38,478 bases of DNA, taken from assembly GCF_004010195.1 (NCBI RefSeq), contig NW_025215136.1:25860-64337 (forward strand), written 5' to 3'. Both the position numbers and the translations under genes were made by a program. Below are positions 1 through 10,672 of the stretch, piece after piece. Positions within the stretch are counted from its first letter, which is position 1. Each line of letters starts with the position of its first letter. The stretch is from Chiloscyllium plagiosum (taxonomy: Eukaryota). The notes beneath the pieces are model-generated. The model did no database searches and was not told the origin of the DNA. It worked only from the letters and a program-made list of their open reading frames with translations.

Positions 1-530
1 CTGGTTGAGATTAGCGTTAGTTAAGGAGTCCAAGAGAAAGAGGATCCATCCAAGGACACAAGGAATTTGGCTGGAGCTACAGAACAAAAAGTGTACAATT
101 AAACAGTGAGGTACAGTCTGTCAGCCAGCAACCAATGGAAGGGGAGGAGTGAATAAATATGCAGGGTTATTTGAGAGCAATGACAATACTACAGATTAGT
201 TATACTGAGAAACTTAATTTATCCAGATATTGACTGGGTTACTGGCGGTGCAGGGTCATGAGGGGCCAGTATCCCTGGATTACATGGAGGAGAGCTCACT
301 TCAGGAGTATGTGTCCAGCCCAAGAGAGTATGTACAGTTGGACCTGGTCCTTGGGAAGGAGATGGGGCAAGTGGATCCAGTGTCAGTAGGGGAATGTTTT
401 GGGGCACAGCAATCATTTTATTGTAACGTTCAGAATGATGGTAGAGCATGATGTGCAATAATTGAGAGTGAGAAACATTAGTTGCCTAGGAGCAGCCTTC
501 AATGGGGCAAGAATGAAGCTGGGAACCTTT
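1..530 (+). mobile_element. Degenerate CR1-type LINE ORF2 fragment, APE endonuclease domain
   Basis: Translation across stops/frameshifts gives IWLELQNKK...(G/R)xFNYPDIDW-like and ESSLQEYVSSPRE..LDLVLGKEMGQVDPVSVGECFG (ORF 230..451). This matches the CR1 APE motifs 'LxQxVxxPTR..LDLVL...GxSDH'. Confidence 0.8.
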
Positions 531-569
531 CAACAAGGCCAGTGAAATGGTAGCTTTAAATAGTGTGAA

Positions 570-730
570 CCAGGTCAGATTGATCTGGGATTATGGAGAT
601 GGGGCTTCAGTGTGACCATGACTAGGAACTGGATAATTAAAGCTTTTCCCCATTTCTACAGGAAGGATAAATAGGCCAACAAGTGAAGTAGCATTGTGTA
701 TACAGGATGAGATCAGTATTATTGTGGTCC
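570..730 (+). mobile_element. Second CR1 endonuclease fragment (N-terminal 'GITETW...RKDR...VAL' region)
   Basis: gggattatggagatggggcttcag...tacaggaaggata...gtagcattgtgtatacaggatgagatc resembles the first APE motifs; heavily decayed. Confidence 0.45.
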
Positions 731-929
731 TAATCAATTTACACACTGCTCCTCCATGCCCTCACCCCTTATCTCTGCATATTGATCCTAGCAGATATTG
801 TTAAGCTTTGAAAACTTCAGAAAATAGCAGGAAAGAGAAGAGCACTCTGTCCACTGTCTGCATTGGACAAGATGTAACGTTGTTTTTTAAAGTCCTAGTT
901 CTGTCTCCCCGGATACTATAGGAGTTCAG

Positions 930-1960
930 CTGCCTATTCCGGCACCTTTTTAAAATGGTTTAAGAGTTTCTGCCTCTACTCCGCTTCCATGTGTGCCTCC
1001 CAGATCCAGACCATACTCTGTGTGAAATAACAACTTTCCTCACCACTTTTCTGATATTTCAGCCACTGCTAAAACAGTTTACCAACAGGAACAAGGTGTT
1101 ATTTCTCTCTCTACCCAGGCCCCTGAAAGCATGTGCACCCCAATCAAATTTCCTCTCAGCATCCTCCATTCCTATCTTTCCTCAGAACTGCACTTCCACT
1201 GTCACAGGGTGAAGAATCTTCTCTGTTCCCTCTCCAGTCCAATTCCATCCTTCCATATGATGGGTGACCTGAACTGCACACAGTCCCCAGGCTGTGATTG
1301 AACTCATTATTTATACAGTTCCAGCATAAGCTTCCTGCTCTGAAATTGTGTATTTTGGCTGATAGAGGAAATTATGCCATTTGCTCCATTAACAAGATTA
1401 TTGATATGTCCAGCTACCTTCATTTATCTGCCCACACTGACCATACTCTCTGTTGTTGATGTCCCCAAATGCCTTGTCTTGCACTTCTCTGGGTTGTTTG
1501 CTCCGTTCACCTGGACCCCATAGTTTCTGTTTTTAAACAGTCTGCCATGGTATCTCTCGTCAAATCCAAGGAAGTCACATGCAGTTACAGGTTAGTGCCT
1601 CAAACCGATACAGTCAGATTAATTACACACAATCTTCCTTGAACAAATCCAGACCTAATGTCATGGAGTCCCTGGGACTTTCACAGTGACCGTTTATCCA
1701 CTGTCTCAGAATTCAGCCGTGACCTATTCAGTCAGTCCTTTGCTCCACATTAAACAAAGTTGCAGTGTTAGCCATTCTCTAGGCCTCCGGCATCATCCCT
1801 GCATCCAGGGAGGATTGGAGAATGCAGGTAACTGTAAGGCAGGGGATTTTCCGCGGCTCCTTTTAACAGTCTGGCACATTGTGTTACTCCTTTTTAAGGA
1901 TTTGAATCTTCTTTTTAATTCTCCGCTCCAAGTTTGTTGCTCCCAATATTTTACACTACA
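930..1960 (-). mobile_element. Highly degenerate CR1 LINE 3' region / RT fragments
   Basis: Antisense CR1 hallmarks such as 'gtgacctgaactgcacacagtccccaggctgtg' and 'ttatacagttccagcataagcttcctgctc'. These parallel the reverse complement of the better-preserved CR1 at 7200-7290 and the copy at 4130-4230. Confidence 0.55.
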
Positions 1961-2289
1961 TTCCATATTCAGACAGACAGAGGCCTAAACCATCATATGA
2001 TTTGGTCAAGTCTCATTTTAGTCAGGTTTTATGGAGGGTCTCTCTCCACAAGGTGAAGTGCATTTTCTCATGATGCCATCCCCAATCTGCCTCATTAACT
2101 ACCCTCCCTGCCCGCGTGGAGTTTCTCTCATCTGATACTAACGCGATGATTTTCCCCTTCGTCGTAACAGCTGCCCACTGCCTGGATATCCCAGAATGCA
2201 CCGGCCTCCCTGTTCCAGGTGTCATGAGTAAAATGTCATTACACTCTAAGATTGTCAATCTGAAACTGCCCAGGAGATAGCAGAGTGGG

Positions 2290-2985
2290 TAAAACTGGGG
2301 CTTCACTTTATGGACAAGCCGCTGAGGTTCTGATGAATGACATGGTGTGAGAGAGGGACATTATCTTCCTGCAGGACTGGCAGGGGAGGCCATGGTACCA
2401 GACCCTGCCAGTTTGGTCCGAAGCTGGCCCCTGGGGCAGTGAGGTGCCAGCCGTCTGAGTGAATGTCCAGCAGTGTAGGAAGCAGGTCAGTGACCTTCTC
2501 CACTCCACCAGGGTAAGTGCCACCATCTGCACTTTGACAGCTCACCCTCACTCTATCTCTGTTACTGCACCCACTTCCTACCAAGGCTCATATTCTCCCA
2601 CTCTCACTGATTACAGGGCCTTCTCTTACTCTTTCTCTAATCACTTATCTATCCCTCTGCCCAACTCTGCCTGGTGTCTGTGCTGCCTACTCACTCACTT
2701 AGGACACCTCGCCACCTTTCCCCCAGCTGTCCCAGCACTCACAGCTGTACCAACCTTTTCCATCTTCCTCAATACCACTTGTTAATTTTCACATTTCAGA
2801 AAGAATCATTCCACAATCGGAGAGAAATAGCCAAGAGAGGCATGGGTCTCACTAACATTCAGCTCCTCACCCCCTCACAGGGGAAGGATTCTGACCCGAA
2901 CAACGATGAGAGGCTAACTGACCGTGTCCAAGCTCCCGGACTGGGATCTGAGACTCCCCCTGGCTCACTTTGCTGGGCATCGTGA
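2290..2985 (+). pseudogene. Harbinger/PIF transposon-type Myb/SANT (trihelix) DNA-binding gene remnant, two exons
   Basis: Exon ~2290-2512 reads (HFMDKPL/fs)EVLMNDMV*ERDIIFLQDWQGRPWYQTLPVWSEAGPWGSEVPAV*VNVQQCRKQVSDLLHSTR and ends at AGG|GTAAGT. The phase-0 intron 2513-2799 ends in tttcag. Exon 2 begins KESFHNRREIAKRGMGLTNIQLLTP, like the 'QCRK+xxDL...HNRRExxxTGGG...LTP' signature of Harbinger Myb/SANT proteins. In-frame TGA stops at 2348 and 2456. Confidence 0.65.
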
Positions 2986-3617
2986 CTGACCGTGGACAAT
3001 GATAACAAGCTTCCTGGGTTTGTGTCTGTCCTAAACACCAAGACAATACAGCAGGTGGGTGAGCCTGGTAACTCTGGCTGAGGGGTAATACTGCTAAAGG
3101 CAGGGTAAGGCAAGGTAATAATTCTGACAGCATTCAAGTCAGCTCAAAGTGAGTGTGCACAGACATGGAGTGAGCAGCCCAGAGGGACAGGCCATGAGCT
3201 GGGTGTGTCCCTGAGCACAGTGCCCTTGCAGCAGCATTGCAATGAGAGTTGGCAGTGCACCCTGAGCTGCAGCATTGAAGTACAGAAGCGTACTGTCAGT
3301 GGGTCGGAGATGAGATGGGATGGCATGGTGAGACTGGCATGTGACAGATGCCATCGTTGGAGGGTACATGCAGCTTCTGTCAGTGCCGCGTCCACCGAGA
3401 CATTGATGTCTAAGATAGAAGGCCGTAGGAGCGTGGGGCGAGATGGAGTCACCAGTTACCAGCTCGGACTTTCACGTCCAATTCTCCATATTCCCCACAG
3501 TGGGAGGGAGGATATGAAACTGCAAGTTGTTGAGGAGAGATCCACTGAATGTGGCTGTTGATCATCAGTAATCATTCAGTCAACAACTTGACACTCCGGC
3601 ATTCAAATCTTGTTTTA

Positions 3618-4520
3618 AAGAGCAGTCCAACACAGGAACAGGCCCTTCATCCAGCAAGCTCGCACTGACACATGATGCTGTTCTAAAGTGAAAAAGAAAG
3701 TTTTTGCTCCGACATCCACTACGTCATTCAGTTCCCTACTTACTCATATTTGTGCCAAGATCCCTCTTAAACCTTGCTATATTAGCTTCTTCTCCTCTAT
3801 CAGTGCATTCCTGGCACTTGCCCATTCTGTCTGGAAAAACAAAACAAACAAAAGACTTGCAGATCATACCTCCTAAACTTTCTCACTTTTACGTAAAAGC
3901 TATGGTGCTGAGTAATTGATATTTCTACTCTGGGAAAAAGCCTCTAACTGTCCTTTTATCTATGCCTCTGACAGTTTTGTAAATATCTATCAGGTAGCCC
4001 CAAAGCCAGTGACTCCCAATTGGAAACAAACCAAGTTTGTTCAATTTCTCCTTCTGGCTAATACCCTCCAAACCAGACAACATCCTGGTAAAACCTTTTC
4101 ATACCCTCTCCAACACTTCCACATCGTTCTGCTGATGTGGCAACCAGTACTGTACACAATATTCCAAATGTGCCCGAACTAGGTTTCTCTACAGCTGCAA
4201 TATGACCTGCTAATTTTCATACTGCTTACTCCGATGCCTGTCTGCAAGTTTGCCGTCAGATTCTTGATCACCCTATCCACCCGTGTTGCCACTTTCAGGG
4301 CACTGTGGAGCTGTACACCTAGATCCCTTCAGATGTTGATGCGGCCAGTAGTTTTTTCCATCCACTTTATACTTCTCTCCTGCATTAGACCTTCTAAAAC
4401 GCATCACGTCACAATTGTCCAGATAAAGTTACATCTGTGTTTTCTCTGTCCAAGTCTGCAGCTGACCTATATCCCATTGTATTCTCTGGCAATCATCCTC
4501 GCAATCTGCAACTCCGCCAA
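3618..4520 (-). mobile_element. CR1 LINE 3' end (RT C-terminus plus 3' UTR), 5'-truncated
   Basis: Starts with a CR1-like tail 'acacaggaacaggcccttc'. The antisense ORF 4234..4539 (LITLSTRVATFRALWSCTPRSL) is homologous to antisense ORF 6921..7172 (LSTRVAILRDLCTCTPRSL) of the clear CR1 copy. Confidence 0.8.
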
Positions 4521-4532
4521 GTGTTGGACAGC

Positions 4533-4582
4533 AGTATGATTCTGCTGCTGCTGATGGCCCATTGCACCTCATGGATGCATCA
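4533..4582 (-). mobile_element. Short fragment of the RTE-X-like LINE family seen at 8865-9965
   Basis: agtatgattctgctgctgctgatggccc matches agtacaattctgctgctgttgg at ~9516. Confidence 0.35.
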
Positions 4583-6036
4583 TCACTTGTTGCTCAATCT
4601 GTTTTACGCCTGTCCCAGTAGAAACCCATATCATGGTGAGGTGGGTCTGCAAAATGTAAAGGTAGCTCTTGCTCCCCATAAGGACTGTGCAGTGACCATT
4701 CTTACCGATATATGAAGTAGAGAGGTGTATCTGCAGCAGGCAGATCGGTGATGATGTGGTCAATGATATGTTTCCCTTTTCCCGATTCCCCCATAACCTG
4801 CCGCAGAGCAGGCTAGCAGCTACAGGATTCAGCATCAATGCTGAGCACTGTATTGACTATATGCCAAGAACTGCCCCCTCAGCCTGGCTATGTCCTGTCA
4901 GTGGGACAGAACATACCAGAGAGGATGGTGAAGTTGCCAGTGACATAGTCCTGTTCACAGAATCCTGCTTTACAGGCAATATCTGACTGTTTTTTGGTTA
5001 GTTTGTGGGAAATATACAACAGGTCACTTTTACATTTTGTATAATGAAGTGTTAATATCACTTTGTTTCTTACATATTTTAAAATAACCCAAACATTAAT
5101 ATTTTTCAATTGAAAAAATTGAAGTGAACAATAATTGAAATACCAGAGCGCACACTTGACTATTACACAATTCAGTGACTGTCGTAAACAGCTGATTTAT
5201 GTTCAGATAAATGAACACACCATCTTGCAGGCAGCAAAGCTGTTGGAAATGACTTTGAGGAAATGCCTGAATTCAGAAACAGTGTTACTGGCCCTCACCA
5301 TGACCTCCAAAACACTGACCATCTCCAAATCCTGTCCAGAGTGCTTCCAAACTGGAGCTGGGCAGTTACTCACGCAATAGACTGGTTAGAGACATACCTG
5401 AACAACGGGGAGACGTGTGTGGGGCAGACTGGTCGATGGACTGGCACTTGGCGCAGTTCAACATTTGTAACAATGATCTGTAAACAAACATGTCTTGCAA
5501 GTATATCGCTTCTGGTATGGCATCTAAACTCTGTAATTCTGCACCTTGGACCCGATCCTGAATGATGGTGTTATAAAGCTGATGGGCTCCTGCAGCACAT
5601 GGCAACTTACATTGAATCCCTCATAAACCATATCCAGTGTCAGTTAGCCCCACAATGTCAGTATCCAAAAAGAATTGCGCAGTTCCATTGATGGACGGCA
5701 TCATTCCCAGGCCGACATTCTTGTGTGTGACTTGAGCTGGAAATCTCTATGTAAATGTTTGCAGCATTTTTCCAACCGTTAACAGCAAAGTCTCTTTACT
5801 GAAGGTCTGACATCTTTTCATAATACCAACTTTTAGATGGTCCAATAAGCACAAAATCCACCCATGTATTCAGTTCACTTTTATAACAACAATATGATGA
5901 AAACAGTGCCCAACTCACAGTAAGGAGCATTGATATGATGAGTCTCATTACCGCAGCCAAGACCAAATTATGATTAAGTACAAGGAATTTGAAGATTTAC
6001 ATTTATTTTACCTTTTATTAATATTGTGAACTCATA

Positions 6037-6140
6037 GTCGACTCTCCTGCTCCTCAGCAGCTACATGAATGGCTGTGCTATTTTTTCAGAAACACACTTT
6101 TTAACTCTGATCTCCAGTATCTGCAGTCCTCACTTTCTCC
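6037..6140 (+). mobile_element. Short Penelope-like-element-derived terminal repeat fragment
   Basis: gtcgactctcctgctcctc...gatctccagtatctgcagtcctcactttctcc is the reverse complement of the element at 11583-11712 and 13523-13652, so it is an interspersed repeat with 3 copies in the window. PLE assignment is from recalled family knowledge. Confidence 0.6.
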
Positions 6141-6449
6141 CTGCTAACATTCACTCATAATCATTTTCATGGCAACAATATCACTGCGTGTTTAAACGTG
6201 TTACAGTCAGATCTGGGTACATTTTGAATTGCTTCTGTCTATCTCAGAGCTCAGTAATATGGGATGTGAATGGCAGTGTCTGTGTGATGCTCGGTATGTA
6301 GGCCATGCCTCTGACAGACTGACAGATTGTTTAAAACAGCACATCCCTTCAGCTGTTTACAACAAACAGGTTACTGCCTAGACACTAACAGCCTGAGCTC
6401 ACAAAACCCAAAGCACAGTGTCGAACATTGGGCAGGTCTGGACAATATT

Positions 6450-6566
6450 TTCATTTCATTCATTCATGGAATATGATTGGGCCAGTATTTATTGCCCATC
6501 CCTTGTTGCCATTGAAAAGGTGAGGGTGAGTTGCCACATTGAACCACTGCAGTCGATGTGCTGTAA
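6450..6566 (-). mobile_element. 3'-terminal fragment of a non-LTR retroelement
   Basis: (ttca)n-like tail followed by ggccagtatttattgcccatccc...gaaccactgcagtc, a recalled interspersed-repeat 3' end; not verifiable within the window. Confidence 0.4.
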
Positions 6567-6574
6567 TTAGACTT

Positions 6575-7584
6575 ACAATACTTTGAGGATCTGACTAGAA
6601 ACGTTGATGAGGGTCGAGCTGTGGATGTGGTGTATATTGACTTCAGCAAGGCATTTCATAAGGTTCCCCATGGTAGGCTGATTCTGAATGTCAGGAGGAA
6701 TGGGATATGTGGAACTTAGCTGTCTGGATACAGAATTAGCTGGCCAACAGAAGACAACGAGTGGTAGTAGAAGGAAAATATTCTGCCTGAAAGTGAGTGG
6801 GTGTTCCACAGGGCTCTGTCCTTGGCCCTCTACTGTTTGTAATTTTTATTAAAGACTTGGTTGAGGGGATTGAAGAATGGGTCAGCAAGATTGCAGATGA
6901 CACAAAGGTTGCAGGTGTCGTTAACAGTATAGAGGGCTGTTGTAGGCTGCAGTGGGACATTGAAGGATGCAGAGATGGGCTGAGAGGTGGCAGATGGACT
7001 TCAGCCTGGATAAATGCGAGGTGGTGCATTTTGGAAGTTTGAATTTGAAAGCTGAGTACAGGATTAAGGATAGGATTATTGGCAGTGTGGAGGAACAGAG
7101 GGATCTTGGTGTGCAGGTACATAGATCCCTTAAAATGGCCACCCGAGTGGACAGGTTGTTAAGAAAGCACATGGTGTTTTGGCTTTCATTAATGGGGGAT
7201 TGAGTTTAAGAGTGGTGTGATCTTGTTGCAGCTCTATAAAACTTTGGTTAGACCGCACTTGGAATATTGCGTCCTGTTCTGGTCGCCCTATTATAGGAAA
7301 GATGTGGATGCTTTGGAGAGGGTTCAGAGGAGGTTTACCAGGATGCTACCTGGACTGGAGGGCTTATCTTATGAAGAGAGGTTGACTGAGCTCTGACTCC
7401 TTTCATTGGAGAAAAGCAGGAGGAGAGGGGACCTAATTGAAGTATACAAGATAATGAGAGGCATAAATAGAGACGATAGCCAGAGACTATTTCAAAGGGC
7501 AGAAATGGCTAATTTGAGGGGTCATAGTTTTAAGCTGGTTGGAGGAAAGTAAAGAGGGAATGTCAGAGGCGGGTTCTTTACACA
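6575..7584 (+). mobile_element. CR1 LINE ORF2 reverse transcriptase fragment (broken), running into the gap
   Basis: [47 protein letters not shown] (FADD catalytic motif variant), [47 protein letters not shown]. Frameshifts and stops are present. Confidence 0.93.
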
Positions 7585-8317
7585 NNNNNNNNNNNNNNNN
7601 NNNNNNNNNNNNNNNNNNNNNNNNNNNNNNNNNNNNNNNNNNNNNNNNNNNNNNNNNNNNNNNNNNNNNNNNNNNNNNNNNNNNNNNNNNNNNNNNNNNN
7701 NNNNNNNNNNNNNNNNNNNNNNNNNNNNNNNNNNNNNNNNNNNNNNNNNNNNNNNNNNNNNNNNNNNNNNNNNNNNNNNNNNNNNNNNNNNNNNNNNNNN
7801 NNNNNNNNNNNNNNNNNNNNNNNNNNNNNNNNNNNNNNNNNNNNNNNNNNNNNNNNNNNNNNNNNNNNNNNNNNNNNNNNNNNNNNNNNNNNNNNNNNNN
7901 NNNNNNNNNNNNNNNNNNNNNNNNNNNNNNNNNNNNNNNNNNNNNNNNNNNNNNNNNNNNNNNNNNNNNNNNNNNNNNNNNNNNNNNNNNNNNNNNNNNN
8001 NNNNNNNNNNNNNNNNNNNNNNNNNNNNNNNNNNNNNNNNNNNNNNNNNNNNNNNNNNNNNNNNNNNNNNNNNNNNNNNNNNNNNNNNNNNNNNNNNNNN
8101 NNNNNNNNNNNNNNNNNNNNNNNNNNNNNNNNNNNNNNNNNNNNNNNNNNNNNNNNNNNNNNNNNNNNNNNNNNNNNNNNNNNNNNNNNNNNNNNNNNNN
8201 NNNNNNNNNNNNNNNNNNNNNNNNNNNNNNNNNNNNNNNNNNNNNNNNNNNNNNNNNNNNNNNNNNNNNNNNNNNNNNNNNNNNNNNNNNNNNNNNNNNN
8301 NNNNNNNNNNNNNNNNN
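7585..8317. other. Assembly gap (733 N)
   Basis: Run of N from 7585 to 8317. Confidence 0.99.
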
Positions 8318-8460
8318 GATAAGGATTGCTTCAGTATCAGAATAAATCACTAATAGTGGTGAATATTGTCCAATCATTGGCAAACAATCCCATTTGTGAA
8401 TTCACTTGAGTAGGGATAGTCATTTATGAAGCAGCTGAAAATTATTGGGCCTAGGGCAGA
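8318..8460 (-). mobile_element. LINE reverse transcriptase fragment (RTE-X-like family)
   Basis: The minus strand reads LGPIIFSCFINDYP followed by a degenerate FADD region (tttgccaatgattggacaatattc), i.e. RT motifs 4-5. Confidence 0.65.
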
Positions 8461-8479
8461 GAGCGCTTTTACAGCTTAC

Positions 8480-8565
8480 TGATGCTGTCCCTCTCTCTCT
8501 GAGCTAGGAAGCTGGCTTCTAGTTCCACCTGCTCCAAAGGTGTTTAGCAACATATCTGAATGGAA
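8480..8565 (+). mobile_element. Degenerate SINE fragment
   Basis: tgtccctctctctctgagctaggaagctggcttctagttccacctgctcc resembles a tRNA-derived SINE head with a decayed B-box. Confidence 0.3.
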
Positions 8566-8584
8566 TAATATTACAATACCTACC

Positions 8585-8820
8585 ACATGAGGCTGAGTGA
8601 TGACTTGATTAGTTGGACAGCTGGTTTGTAATGCAGATTAATACTAACAATGTGGGTTCAATTCCTGCACTGACTGAGGTGTATGATAAGGGCTGTCCTA
8701 CTCAAGCGCTCCCTCACTTGAGGCATGATGACTGTCCAGTTAATCTCCCGCCAGTCGTCTCTGTCTCAAGAGAGAGCAACCCTATCATCCTATCGGGGTA
8801 TGGTGCTCTACCTTTCCGTT
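8585..8820 (+). mobile_element. tRNA-derived SINE
   Basis: Pol III B-box GGTTCAATTCC at 8655-8665, a degenerate A-box about 45 bp upstream, and a non-tRNA body of ~150 bp downstream. No cloverleaf 3' stem or CCA. Confidence 0.6.
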
Positions 8821-8864
8821 TCAGATCTACAGGCTTACCCGGAAACCCCTCCCCTGGAGAACTG

Positions 8865-9965
8865 CAGCAGAGCTGAGATGGCTGCTTTCCACACCCCAGC
8901 CACCTTCCTTTGTACCAGTTGTAACTTCTACCAATGAAGACGATTCCTATTTGCTCCAGGTTTGCCGTTAATCCTGGATACGATATTTGGCCAAATGCAG
9001 TTATGATCATGTTAAAAATGAAGTCACTGTCACCTCATCTCTCGAATTCAGCTATGTGTTCTCTTGTTGTAAATCGTTTAGCTGAAGACTGCCATCTGGA
9101 GGAGACTAAAGTTGATCCTCCCATTGATATTTCTGTCTGAACATTGTTGTGAAAGTTTCAGCCTTAGCTTTTCTATTATTGTGCTGGGCTCTTCAATCTT
9201 TGAGGAAGGTGGCATTTGTGGACCCTCCTCCTCCGGTGAGTTGTGTGATTGTCCATCATCACTCACCCAGACTGTATATGAGAGCATTGCAGAGAAGAGT
9301 CCTGATGCATTGGTTAGATCTGTTTATCATTTTCTATTTATACCATGTGCTGAGTAAGTGGCCCGATTTAGTAAATTCATCTCATTCTGAGGTGTATTTG
9401 GTGATACTATGGGCAGGCCCTCCTGTATTCTCCATTTAACAAGGCTGTATCCCTGGCTTGATGGTCAGGATAAAGTGGAGCATACACCAGGCAGTGACAG
9501 TGAAACTTCTGCTGGAGTACAATTCTGCTGCTGTTGGTAATGAGCCGAACCGCCTCACACAGGCCAGTGCAAAGTTCCAAAATCTATTGGAAATCTGCCC
9601 TGTTTAGCAGATGGTATCACAAATGCACAGGGGGTCTTCACGACGTAAAAGAGGAACTTTGTCTCCAGAAATACTGTGTGCGGTAGTTCTCCGTTCCCAA
9701 TACGGTCATCGAACAATGTGTCTGCAGCCGCTATGTTGGTGAGGATGAGGTCAAGGATGTCAGTCGTTCCCCCCGACCCGGTGCAGACGCACTGAAGCAG
9801 TTATGTCCTTTTGGACCCGACCACCTCGATCAGTAATGCTGCTGCTGAGCTCCTCTTGGTGTTGGTTTTGAAATGGCCCACCCAGTATACATCCGGCAGC
9901 TCTATCACTCTCTCAGTGCTTCCTCCAAGTGTTGTTCAATGTAGACGGACACTGATCCATCAGCT
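8865..9965 (-). mobile_element. Degenerate LINE (RTE-X-like) endonuclease and linker region
   Basis: The minus strand near 9960-9860 reads SADGSVSVYIEQHLEEALR...DVYWVGHF, the APE 'YRPP...GDFN' region. Further decayed ORF2 segments continue toward 9100. Confidence 0.65.
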
Positions 9966-10672
9966 GAGGAGGGGGGTCAGCAGGAGGTTTCCGTGTCAGT
10001 GTTTGATCTGACACTGTGAGGGTGAGGTCGGGGAGTCAGCAGGAGGTTTCCGTGTCAGTGTTTGATCTGACACCGAGAGGCTGAGGGAAGGGAGTCAGCA
10101 GGAGATTTCTGGGTCAGTGTTTGATCTGACACCGTGAGGATGAGGGAGGGGAGTCAGCAGGAGGTTTCCGTATCAGTGTTTGATCTGACACCGTGAGGCT
10201 GAGGGAGGGGAGTCAGCAGGAGGTTTCCGTGTCAGTGTTTGATCTGACACCGTGAGGCTGAGGGAGGGGAGTCAGCAGGAGGTTTCCGTGTCAGTGTTTG
10301 ATCTGACACCGTGAGGCTGAGGGAGGGGAGTCAGCAGGAGGTTTCCCTGTCAGTGTTTGATCTGACACCATGAGGCTGACGGAGGGGAGTCAGCAGGAGG
10401 TTTCCGTGTCAGTGTTTGATCTGATCCCGTGAGGCTGAGGGAGGGGAGTCAGCAGGAGGTTTCTGTGTCATTGTTTGATCTGACACCATGAGGGCGAGGG
10501 AGGGGAGTCAGCAGGAGTTTTCCGTATCAGTGTTTGATCTGACACCATGAGGTTGAGGGAGGGGAGTCAACAGGAGGTTTCTGTGTCAGTGTTTGATCTG
10601 ACACCGTGAGACTGAGGGAGGGGAGTCAGCTGGAGACTTCTGTGTCAGTGTTTGATCTGACACAATGAGCTT
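9966..10672. repeat. 59-bp minisatellite, ~12 copies
   Basis: Unit gagggaggggagtcagcaggaggtttccgtgtcagtgtttgatctgacaccgtgaggct; period 59 (e.g. 10201 to 10260); a few substitutions per copy. Confidence 0.97.

Noticed and set aside
5400..5445. GIY-YIG-like 'ETCVGQTGR' on the + strand (ORF 5263..5565)
   Set aside because: Only a short motif; it lacks the upstream CxxC/GIY part and the downstream RxxEH, so it is probably chance.
5398..5640. Alpha-2-macroglobulin bait-region or cadherin exon assignment for the minus-strand candidate exon
   Set aside because: Resemblance is limited to a few residues, the key motifs (GLK, DxNDxxP) are absent, and the upstream frame has stops.
6575..7584. Active reverse transcriptase gene (also 11800-13187)
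   Set aside because: Multiple frameshifts and stops, 5' truncation and an altered or missing FADD motif; ordinary dead CR1 copies.
7487..8383. Long ORFs 7487..8383 (-) and 7539..8345 (+)
   Set aside because: Artefacts of translating through the N gap.
8585..8680. tRNA gene
   Set aside because: Only a B-box is clear and no convincing cloverleaf forms; it continues into a SINE-like body.
9966..10672. CRISPR-like array (repeats with internal palindrome)
   Set aside because: Units are head-to-tail with no unique spacers, there are no cas genes, and the context is eukaryotic LINE sequence.
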